Source: an uncultured Chloroflexia bacterium (GTDB lineage: Bacteria; Chloroflexota; Anaerolineae; JAAYZQ01). Taken from it: a stretch of 64,000 bases of DNA. Of the stretch, positions 1 through 7,962 are shown in pieces. The notes beneath the pieces were generated by a model that ran no database searches, had not been told where the DNA came from, and worked only from the letters and a program-made list of their open reading frames with translations. The translations under genes were made by a program, and so were the position numbers. Location of the stretch: contig CAVOXA010000010.1 in NCBI GenBank assembly GCA_963700285.1, forward strand, positions 96,001-160,000, in the 5' to 3' direction. Numbering within the stretch: position 1 is the stretch's first letter; every line of letters begins with the position of its first letter.

Positions 1-334
1 CCTGCAGGCTGAAAGCTGGCGCGCCGCTGGCTCCCAACTGATCTTGGATCATGCTGGCCACCGCAGGCACGAGATAGTCGGGTGTCGATGTAGCGACAAT
101 GATCAGTTCTACGTCGGAGGGAGACAACTTGGCCACGGCCAGCGCCTGCCTGGCAGAGGCCAAGGACATGGAACAACAAGTCTCATCAGGACCGGCAATA
201 TGGCGCTCCCGAATGCCGGTACGGGTGCGGATCCACTCATCGCTGGTATCCACCATCTTTTCAAGATCTTGATTGGTGAGTACCCGCTCTGGAACATACT
301 TGCCCCAGCCGGTTATCCGCGCATAGTTGGTCAT
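1..334 (-). CDS. fabH: 3-oxoacyl-ACP synthase III (5' part; runs off window start)
   Basis: Manual translation from ATG at 334: MTNYARITGWGKYVPERVLTNQDLEKMVDTSDEWIRTRTGIRERHIA..., the classic FabH N-terminus. Missing from the ORF track because no stop lies in the window. Confidence 0.93.
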   Translation of the reverse strand, partial: MTNYARITGWGKYVPERVLTNQDLEKMVDTSDEWIRTRTGIRERHIAGPDETCCSMSLASARQALAVAKLSPSDVELIIVATSTPDYLVPAVASMIQDQLGASGAPAFSLQ

Positions 335-408
335 GACTACCTAGATCTCCCCGATGACAAGAGAAAATGGCTTGGTGCAGTTCCCCAAAATACCAAAGAA
401 TAGCCCCG

Positions 409-439
409 AAAAAAGGCCTTCTGCTGGTACGAGAAGGCC
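409..439 (-). terminator. Intrinsic terminator
   Basis: GGCCTTCT-9 nt loop-AGAAGGCC stem followed by T6 on the minus strand, just downstream of the 458-832 gene. Confidence 0.75.
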
Positions 440-457
440 AACCCAAACTCTGATTCG

Positions 458-832
458 TCAGCCAGTGGCAGTGTGGGCGGCCCGTCCATGCCGAAGGCGC
501 CAAACAAAAGCGACAACCACACCCACAACCGAGGCTACCGAACCAACAGCCGCCGCCCCAATGAGAATACCCTTGCGGTGTTGCTGAAACATGTTGGGTC
601 CAGGCTCCACTCCCCGCAACTGGGCCTCAAGGAGTAGCTCCCCGTGAAGACGCCGGCGGTAATTCGTGTTGGGTTCCACCGGCACCAGGATGCCCTGAAG
701 TTGCTCGGCCAGATCCAGCAGGGACTGTACCTGGTCGTTTCGGGTGAGCCTGGACGTCTGGTGCGTACGCAGCCCAACCAATTCGTCGGCTTGCGCCGCC
801 AGAATTTCTCTTGTCTCACGCCTGTTCATCAT
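458..832 (-). CDS. Small single-TM protein, possible anti-sigma factor
   Basis: Helical N-domain plus C-terminal hydrophobic stretch (GILIGAAAVGSVASVVGVVVAFVW); downstream of the ECF sigma gene; GGGGGAGGG RBS. Confidence 0.6.
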   Translation of the reverse strand: MMNRRETREILAAQADELVGLRTHQTSRLTRNDQVQSLLDLAEQLQGILVPVEPNTNYRRRLHGELLLEAQLRGVEPGPNMFQQHRKGILIGAAAVGSVASVVGVVVAFVWRLRHGRAAHTATG

Positions 833-1090
833 GCCCTCCCCCCAAGGCGTCCTTGTCGGGATGTTCACCCATCGCGGCCCAGAAAGGCTAGATCATCCAG
901 CCCAGTGCGCAGACCTTTCGACTCACGTCCGGCAGCTCACCTTCCTGGAGCACGCTCGCCGCGACCCAGATTTTGATCGGTGTTCCACTAGTCGTGTTTC
1001 TGGAGGAATCTGGATGGCAGTTTCCAGATTGACTCAGTCGCACGCTTGAACATATGCATTCTTTTTCAGCCACTGCTCCTGGCTCATAGG

Positions 1091-1645
1091 TCAGGATACT
1101 TGGCTGGCCAAGTCCTGGCGCAGAGCAACCAATGTACGATGGTAGAGCGACTTGATCGCCCCCTCGCTGCGACCCATCGTCTGACCGATCTGGGCGTTGG
1201 GCATGTGCTCCACGAACTTGAGGATCAGCAGTTGCTGCCGATCAGGTGGAAGGCGATGAATCGCAGCCAAAAGTGCGTCGCGCCGCTCGCCCAAGGCTAC
1301 CTGCTGGAAGGGGCCATCGTCTCCCTGAGATCCCACCATGGCCAACCCATCCAGCGAGACGACCTGCCGCCTGCTGTGGTCACGGTGCCAATTTGCCACC
1401 AGGTTGTGAGCGATCCGATACAACCAAGCCGAAAAGGGTGCTCCCCGCTGTGCGTAGCGAGGAATGTGATTCAGGGCTTGATGAAAAACCTTGGCTGTCA
1501 GATCCTCAGCGTCGTGGTGGTTCCCGGTACGGTAAAAGACATAGCTATAGATTTTATCGACATACCGCTCGTACAAAAGACCGAAAGCGTCCGGATCGGT
1601 TTTCGCCTCTTCGACCAGGGCGATTTCGTCTGCCAGATTATCCAC
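1091..1645 (-). CDS. ECF sigma-70 factor
   Basis: AFGLLYERY, DAEDL, FSAWLYRIAHN (region 2); LPPDRQQLLILKF...IGQTMGRSEGAIKSLYHR (region 4). Confidence 0.95.
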   Translation of the reverse strand: MDNLADEIALVEEAKTDPDAFGLLYERYVDKIYSYVFYRTGNHHDAEDLTAKVFHQALNHIPRYAQRGAPFSAWLYRIAHNLVANWHRDHSRRQVVSLDGLAMVGSQGDDGPFQQVALGERRDALLAAIHRLPPDRQQLLILKFVEHMPNAQIGQTMGRSEGAIKSLYHRTLVALRQDLASQVS

Positions 1646-1840
1646 CAGGATAGCCTCTCAGGCGCCTGCCGGTCTCGCACAATAAAAACACCGACTGGCG
1701 CAAATGGTTACGCGCTAGTATAGCAGAGACAGGGGAGATGGTCAACTGAGGTTCGCCGGACCGACAATCGTTTGATGTTGTAGACCAGATCTGGTATAAT
1801 TGCACTGCAGGTCTAGCCTGGGGAAGCTGGAGTACGAGGT

Positions 1841-2161
1841 ATGGACGATCGGTGTTGCACAAAACGACGGGAGGCCGCCGTATGCGGCCACTATTGTGGC
1901 ACGTGTGACCGTTTGCGCGAGGGCACTTGCTGTGGCTGCGGCTATCAATTAGGCGAAACATCCAACGGTGAGTGTCCTGTTTTTCAGTGTTGCATCGTGG
2001 AGCGGGGGTTGGCTCACTGTGGCCTGTGTCTGGATTTCCCCTGCCAGCTATTCCTAGGCCATGCCCCACCGCTGGACGTGGCGCGACGGTACCAGGCCCT
2101 TTGCCGCCGCGCCGAGATTGGCACCACAGCCTGGCTGGAAGAGCAGGAAGAAACGAACTAG
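1841..2161 (+). CDS. Cys-rich DUF3795-like protein
   Basis: CGHYCGTC...CCGC...CPVFQCC...GLAHCGLCLDFPC pattern; GAGGT RBS. Confidence 0.8.
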   Translation: MDDRCCTKRREAAVCGHYCGTCDRLREGTCCGCGYQLGETSNGECPVFQCCIVERGLAHCGLCLDFPCQLFLGHAPPLDVARRYQALCRRAEIGTTAWLEEQEETN

Positions 2162-2393
2162 CCCGAGAGCCTCTGTACCAGCGCTGGTACAACAAGACCA
2201 TCCCAAAAGCCTTTGCCAGCTCAACCGCGTTCGCCCGCCAGGCTCGGTCAGGTATTCGGTGGTCCTTTTTTCCTCTGAACCTGCAAGGCTGGTTTTCCAA
2301 AAGCCAGGACCAAATCTTGGGCATCTTGGTTCTATTCTGGTATCACCTCCTCCACAGTCCGGGCACTCAGCCCCCATCAGAACTTCGGTCACA

Positions 2394-2410
2394 ATGTAAG
2401 AATTTTACAT
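2394..2410. promoter_or_regulatory. Putative operator (perfect inverted repeat)
   Basis: ATGTAA-GAATT-TTACAT in AT-rich DNA upstream of the response regulator. Confidence 0.4.
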
Positions 2411-2472
2411 CCAAAATACGAGTCTATCGCTTATACTTGTACTCGCATGACATACAGTGCTAGCATGTAGGA

Positions 2473-3171
2473 GTGTTTCCGGTGAGCGAAGCGAGGATTC
2501 TAGTTGTGGAGGATGAACCCAGCATCCGCGAGGTATTGAGCCTATATCTACGGCGGGCCGGCTACCAGGTGACCATTGTTGGCGATGGGCGGGAAGCGCT
2601 GACCGTGCTGTCCAGCCAGATACCCGATCTGGTGGTATTGGACCTGATGCTGCCGGAGGTGGATGGGCTCAAGATCACCCGCTGGTTGCGAGAACGAGGG
2701 GATACCCCCATCATTATGCTGACAGCGCGCCGCGAGGAACAGGATCGCATCGCCGGGCTGGAGATGGGCGCCGACGACTATGTTGTCAAACCCTTCAGCC
2801 CCCAGGAACTGGTCAGTCGGGTGAGGGCTGTACTGCGCAGGACCCAGTCGTCAACACCAGGCAGTGCCGGCGGGCCGCTGGTCTACGGCGGCCTGAGGAT
2901 CGATCCCCAAACCCGGCTGGTGGAGGTGGGAAGCGAAGAAAAGCAGCTCACTGCCAAGGAATTCGACTTGCTCTGGACGTTGGCCTGCCACCCCCGGCAG
3001 GTATTCACCCGCGACCAATTGCTAGACCTGGTGTGGGGGCTGTCAGAGTTTATCGACCCAAGTACCGTGACGGTACATGTGCGCCGCCTGCGGGAAAAGA
3101 TTGAAGCAGATCCTGGAAACCCCGAGCATATCCGAACGGTGTGGGGGGTGGGATACAGGTTCGAACCATGA
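2473..3171 (+). CDS. OmpR-family response regulator
   Basis: ILVVEDE, LVVLDLMLP, GADDYVVKPF, winged-helix C-terminus TVWGVGYRF. Confidence 0.97.
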   Translation: MFPVSEARILVVEDEPSIREVLSLYLRRAGYQVTIVGDGREALTVLSSQIPDLVVLDLMLPEVDGLKITRWLRERGDTPIIMLTARREEQDRIAGLEMGADDYVVKPFSPQELVSRVRAVLRRTQSSTPGSAGGPLVYGGLRIDPQTRLVEVGSEEKQLTAKEFDLLWTLACHPRQVFTRDQLLDLVWGLSEFIDPSTVTVHVRRLREKIEADPGNPEHIRTVWGVGYRFEP

Positions 3172-3178
3172 GGCGGTC

Positions 3179-4450
3179 ATGGAGATAAGGGAAGAACACC
3201 AGCCTTCGCCAAGGCGACACTTGCGATTCCTGGGCGCCGTGGCTTTGAGCCTGGCCCTGGCCTTGGCTTTCTTTTTCCTGCTGATGCGCCCACCCAAGGC
3301 CGACCTCGGTCTCATGACCCTGTTTCTGGCCATCACGGCCATCATCTCTATGGCCGTGGGCTACGGTGCCTATCGCCTGGGCTGGATCAACCGCTCGCCG
3401 CATATCAGTTGGGTCCTGCTGGGCAGTTATGCTCTGGCCAGCGCCCTCACTTTCTTGAACGTCTGGGTGACGGCGCGGCTAATGTTTGCCAGCCGGCATG
3501 ACTTGCTCCTGGCCACGGTGCTTCTCCTCTTTTCCGGAGGAATCGCGATATCCGTGGGTTACTTTCTCTCGGCAGCCCTCACCGATCGTATCGTGACACT
3601 GAACCTTGCAGCCAAGGAACTGGCTCAGGGACAACTGCGCGTGCGCGTCCCGGTGACGGGTAACGACGAGATGGCCAGCCTGGCCCGTACCTTTAACGAA
3701 ATGGCGGCGCGGCTCGAAGAAACCGCTGACAGACAACAGGAGCTGGATAGTCTGCGCCGCAACCTCATAGCCTGGGCTGGTCACGACCTGCGTACTCCTC
3801 TGGCCTCCATCCAGGCCATTGTGGAGGCACTGGCCGATGGCGTCGTGGAAGATCCGGATACAGTAGACCGTTATCTGCACACAGCCCAGCGAGAAATCCG
3901 ATCCTTGTCACTTCTGATCGACGATCTCTTTGAGTTGGCCCAGTTGGAGGCCGGTGGCCTGCGTCTGGACCGCTCGCTGAACTCGATCTCTGACCTGATC
4001 TCTGACACGATGGAGAGCTTCTCTGAGCTGGCTGCACGCCAGGAAGTGACATTGGAGGGACACGCAGACCCAGGAGTGGATCCGGTGCTGATAGACGCCC
4101 AAAAGATCGGTCGGGTACTGGCCAACCTACTGGGGAACGCCCTGCGGCACACACCACGGGGGGGTATGGTGCTGGTGCGCGCCACCAGGGTGGAAGATAC
4201 CACCAAGGTGGAGGACAGCGTGCTGGTCGAGATATCGGACACGGGCGAAGGGATCAGTTCCGACGATCTGCCCCACATCTTTGAGCGCTTCTATCGCGGT
4301 GAAAAATCACGCAGCCGGTCTACAGGCGGCACAGGTCTTGGCCTGGCTATCGCCAAGGGGATTGTCGAGGCACACGGCGGTCAGATCAGCGTCGAAAGCC
4401 TGGTGGACCAACAGGGTGCCCGTTTCTCTTTCACCCTGCCATCATCCTGA
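3179..4450 (+). CDS. HAMP sensor histidine kinase
   Basis: Four TM helices, HAMP domain, GHDLRTPL H-box, NLLGNA N-box, DTGEGI and GTGLGLAI G-boxes. Confidence 0.96.
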   Translation: MEIREEHQPSPRRHLRFLGAVALSLALALAFFFLLMRPPKADLGLMTLFLAITAIISMAVGYGAYRLGWINRSPHISWVLLGSYALASALTFLNVWVTARLMFASRHDLLLATVLLLFSGGIAISVGYFLSAALTDRIVTLNLAAKELAQGQLRVRVPVTGNDEMASLARTFNEMAARLEETADRQQELDSLRRNLIAWAGHDLRTPLASIQAIVEALADGVVEDPDTVDRYLHTAQREIRSLSLLIDDLFELAQLEAGGLRLDRSLNSISDLISDTMESFSELAARQEVTLEGHADPGVDPVLIDAQKIGRVLANLLGNALRHTPRGGMVLVRATRVEDTTKVEDSVLVEISDTGEGISSDDLPHIFERFYRGEKSRSRSTGGTGLGLAIAKGIVEAHGGQISVESLVDQQGARFSFTLPSS

Positions 4451-4634
4451 AGCTCTTTGCAGTCCGCCGCAGCCCTTCGCACTGGGGTTCAGGGGCATCG
4501 CATGGCGCGCCACAACTGCAAACACAGACAGACCGTAATCATTCCGTAAGATTTGGGTAGCATATTCTTTATATCCATAGGCTATCCTGACTGATGAAAT
4601 AGCAGGACTTTGGATTGAGTAGGGAGAAAACAAC

Positions 4635-5667
4635 ATGGTCAAGATCAAACCATCAGAGATCACACCGGAACACGTCTATATATCCCGGCGGAGGTTCATC
4701 AAGGGTGTAGGTGCCCTGGTCGCCGGCTCGGTAGTTCTTGCGGCATGTGGGACAACCGAGCCTCAGGCGACCGCGACGACCATCGTCAAGATTGACCCAA
4801 CGGCCAGTCCAACGGCCAGCCTGACAGCCGGCCCAACTTCCGGCCCAATGACTACAACCGCCCCTACCACGGCGGTGTTTCCACCACTGAGCGCCAGCGC
4901 TGACGAACTGGGCCAAGAGCTGACATCCTTTGATGCAGTCACAAACTATAACAATTTCTACGAGTTCTCAACCAGCAAAGAAAGGGTAGCCACGCTGGCG
5001 CGCGAGTTCAAGACTTCGCCCTGGGAGGTAGAGGTTGGAGGCTTGGTCCGCAAGCCCAGGACCTTTGACATTGACGATCTGCTTGGATTCAACCAGGAGG
5101 AACGGATCTATCGCATGCGCTGCGTCGAAGCCTGGTCTATGGTCATCCCTTGGGTAGGCTTTCCTCTGGCCAAGCTTCTCAACGAGGTAGAGCCCATGTC
5201 AGAGGCCAAGTATGTCCGCTTTGAAACCCTCTACGATCCCGAACAAATGCCTGGTCAAAAGAGCGCCATCTACGAGTGGCCGTATATCGAAGGGCTGCGC
5301 GTTGGACGAGGCCATGAACGACCTGGCCATCCTTTCCACGGGCCTCTATGGCAATTCCTTGCTCCCCCAGAGCGGGGCGCCGGTGCGTCTGGTTGTACCT
5401 TGGAAATACGGGTTCAAGAGCATCAAGTCCATCGTCAAGATCGACCTGGTGGAAGAGATGCCCGTTTCCCTGTGGATGGCTGCTTCACCCCGCGAATATG
5501 GGTTCTATGCCAACGTCAATCCCGAGGTGTCCCACCCGCGTTGGTCCCAGGCCACCGAGCGCCGGATCGGTCAGGGGGGACGCATGAAGACACTCTACTT
5601 CAACGGCTATGCTGAAGAGGTTGCCCATCTCTATGAGCCCCTGGACAAGAAGGAATGGTACTACTAG
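4635..5667 (+). CDS. msrP: Protein-methionine-sulfoxide reductase catalytic subunit MsrP (one +1 frameshift near 5301)
   Basis: Tat motif SRRRFIK, lipobox [22 protein letters not shown]. Continues in the other frame LDEAM...[12 protein letters not shown]...HPRWSQA. Confidence 0.93.
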
Positions 5668-5672
5668 GCCCG

Positions 5673-6341
5673 ATGCGAACGCGCATGTTACGCTCAGACT
5701 GGCTCAGAAGACACTGGCTTCAGATCCTGGTCCACGCCGGGGCGTTGCTGCCACTGACCTTCATCCTCTGGGACTATGCACAGGGCGGGTTCCTCGTTGA
5801 TCCCGTGAGGGAGATTACCACCCGTACCGGCAGGGCGGCCATAATCCTGGTCGTGCTCACCCTGGCCTGTACACCCATCAATACTGTTTTTGGTTTCCGG
5901 CAAGTACTGCGCGTCCGGCGAGCCTTGGGCATGTATGCCTTTCTGTACGTCGGCCTGCACTTCTTGACCTTTGTGTGGCTGGACTACGGCCTGGATCTAC
6001 CCTTGATAATCCAGGCAATCTTTGACCAGCGCTACGTGCTGGCTGGATTCACCTCTGGCCTGATCCTGCTGCTCTTGGCGCTGACCTCGACCAGAAGCTG
6101 GCAGAGACGATTGGGCAAGAAATGGAAACAACTGCACCGCCTCGTCTACGTGGCGGGCATCCTGGCAGTTGTGCACTACCTGTGGCTGGTAAAAGATATC
6201 CGCGACCCTGTACGCTATGGCATCGTTGTGGCCATCTTGTTGGTACTACGCTTTCCATACATCCGGCGGGCTGTGAGCAAGCTGCGCTACAAGCTCGGAA
6301 CAAAACGAAAGCCCCATAGGTCTTCTGGCGCACCGGCCTGA
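5673..6341 (+). CDS. msrQ: Heme-binding membrane subunit MsrQ
   Basis: LACTP, RRALGMYAFLY..LH, LALTS, WKQLHRLVY...HY; follows msrP. Confidence 0.93.
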   Translation: MRTRMLRSDWLRRHWLQILVHAGALLPLTFILWDYAQGGFLVDPVREITTRTGRAAIILVVLTLACTPINTVFGFRQVLRVRRALGMYAFLYVGLHFLTFVWLDYGLDLPLIIQAIFDQRYVLAGFTSGLILLLLALTSTRSWQRRLGKKWKQLHRLVYVAGILAVVHYLWLVKDIRDPVRYGIVVAILLVLRFPYIRRAVSKLRYKLGTKRKPHRSSGAPA

Positions 6342-6419
6342 TCTCACAACAGGGTCACACCCAGCATGGGAACGCTCTGCCGCATTGGCGAGCGTTCCTT
6401 GTCTGTTGTGGCGCAACGT

Positions 6420-6448
6420 TTGCCGTCTGCTATCTTTTAAGGTATAAT
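6420..6448 (+). promoter_or_regulatory. Sigma70 promoter of rplI
   Basis: TTGCCG-17 bp-TATAAT. Confidence 0.7.
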
Positions 6449-6572
6449 CCCCGGGCATGGCGTGGCCTGCCAGAGAGAGACATCATTCTGACAGTCTCGC
6501 TTGGTGCGAGGCACACATGGTCTATCTGCTCAGGCCACAGAGCGTTGATCATATAGACGAGGAGATCCGAAC

Positions 6573-7040
6573 ATGAATGTGTTGTTGTTGCAGGACGTAG
6601 ATCGATTGGGACAGGCAGGTGAAGTCAAGAGGGTCGCCGACGGCTATGCCCGCAACTATCTTTTCCCACGCGAACTGGCAGTTCTTGCGACGCCAGGAGC
6701 TGTCAGGCAGGCGGAGAATCAGAAAAAGGCAGAGATACGCCGCGAAGCCCAGGCCCTCACCGAGGCCCAGGCCCTGGCTGCCAGGCTGGATGGAATGACC
6801 GTAACCTTCGAGGCTCGTGCTGGTGAGACAGGCCGTCTGTACGGTTCAATTACCAATGTGAATATCGCCGATTCGCTTTCAGAAAAAGTCGGCCAGGAAG
6901 TGGACCGGCGCAAGATCGAACTGGATGAACCACTAAAGGACCTGGGTACCCATGCTGTCACAATTCGGCTGGCCGCTGAAGCTGAGGCAAAGGTTACGGT
7001 GATCATCAGGCGCGAGGACGAAGCCCTGGAAGAGAGCTAG
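6573..7040 (+). CDS. rplI: 50S ribosomal protein L9
   Basis: MNVLLLQDVDRLGQAGEVKRVADGYARNYLFP; GRLYGSIT. Confidence 0.98.
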   Translation: MNVLLLQDVDRLGQAGEVKRVADGYARNYLFPRELAVLATPGAVRQAENQKKAEIRREAQALTEAQALAARLDGMTVTFEARAGETGRLYGSITNVNIADSLSEKVGQEVDRRKIELDEPLKDLGTHAVTIRLAAEAEAKVTVIIRREDEALEES

Positions 7041-7044
7041 ACCA

Positions 7045-7413
7045 ATGGAACAGGATTGGAGTGAGCCCGAGATACCACTGGACGAGGACGAAAAACGTCG
7101 GTTGGTCATCCAGTTGGTCACCCAACTTCGTTGCGTGGATTGCGGTCGCCTCTACGACCCCGAGGACTTTGCTCTTGTGCACCGATGGGAAGAAGTATGG
7201 GTACTGAGTACCCGATGCCGCCACTGTGATGAATTGTGCCACGTTGTTGTCTATATGCGACTAGATGCAGAGTCAGAAACTACGACCGATCTGACCCCGG
7301 CTGAGATCGAAGCATCGCATGAATGGCCACCGATCTCGACCGACGATCTACTGGATGTGCACGCCTTTCTTCAGGGATTCGATGGAAATTTCGAAATGCT
7401 CTTTTCCGCTTGA
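7045..7413 (+). CDS. Hypothetical zinc-ribbon protein
   Basis: CVDC...CRHC pairs and acidic PISTDDLLDVH C-terminus; 4 nt after rplI. Confidence 0.75.
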   Translation: MEQDWSEPEIPLDEDEKRRLVIQLVTQLRCVDCGRLYDPEDFALVHRWEEVWVLSTRCRHCDELCHVVVYMRLDAESETTTDLTPAEIEASHEWPPISTDDLLDVHAFLQGFDGNFEMLFSA

Positions 7414-7434
7414 TCCCACACCAGCACCACCACC

Positions 7435-7464
7435 AGACCGTCACCCTTGTGGCGGTCTTTTTTT
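7435..7464 (+). terminator. Intrinsic terminator
   Basis: AGACCGTCAC-CCTT-GTGGCGGTCT followed by a T-run. Confidence 0.85.
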
Positions 7465-7514
7465 GTGAAAATACCAAGATTTCGAGCGATCAGATGACCC
7501 GGGCAGAACTCGAC

Positions 7515-7570
7515 TTGACAGGCTGGCCAGCTTGTGATAATATTGAATGTATGAGCATGTATTCATATAT
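7515..7570 (+). promoter_or_regulatory. Sigma70 promoter with SmtB/ZiaR-type operator
   Basis: TTGACA (7515)-17-TAATAT, followed by the imperfect palindrome ATGTATGAGCAT/GTATTCATATAT resembling the ArsR/SmtB box. Confidence 0.75.
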
Positions 7571-7582
7571 ACTATTGATACC

Positions 7583-7936
7583 ATGAACGACAATCACTGT
7601 GCCGACACCTATGCTCACGGCGAACGCGTTCAAGCGGCCCTTGAGCATCTGGTGGAAGACGCGACCGCTATCCGCCTGGCCGAAACATTCAAGGCTCTGA
7701 GCGATCCGACCCGAGTGCGGATCGTCTCGCTGCTGGCAGGCGCTGAATTGTGTGTCTGCGATGTGGCGGTGGCTCTGAATATGAGCCAGTCAGCCGTATC
7801 GCATCAACTCCGAAGCCTGCGCGACCTAAGGCTGGTTCGCTGGCGGCGCGAAGGCCGGCAGGTTTTTTACACGCTGGACGACGACCACGTGGCTGACCTT
7901 TTCCAGCGCGGCCTGGACCACGTGGTACATGGCTGA
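7583..7936 (+). CDS. ArsR/SmtB-family metal-sensing repressor (Zn/Cd type)
   Basis: FKALSDPTR, ELCVCD, SQSAVSHQLR, alpha5 site LDDDHV...HVVH. Confidence 0.93.
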   Translation: MNDNHCADTYAHGERVQAALEHLVEDATAIRLAETFKALSDPTRVRIVSLLAGAELCVCDVAVALNMSQSAVSHQLRSLRDLRLVRWRREGRQVFYTLDDDHVADLFQRGLDHVVHG

Positions 7937-7962
7937 GCCTCTCCATTCCATCCAGAAGCGGG

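Noticed and set aside
888-1087. Small ORF or UGA-interrupted ORF between the ECF sigma gene and the downstream TM gene
   Set aside because: No recognisable motif, convincing RBS or SECIS-like hairpin; left unannotated
2162-2352. Strong minus-strand GGAGGAGGTGA with ORF 1638-2324
   Set aside because: Spacing to the ATG is too long, and the ORF overlaps the DUF3795-like gene with unnatural composition; at most a fragment
5290-5310. Programmed frameshifting in msrP (and in panB near 16712)
   Set aside because: No slippery heptamer or stimulatory structure; single-base indels match the error pattern elsewhere in the window
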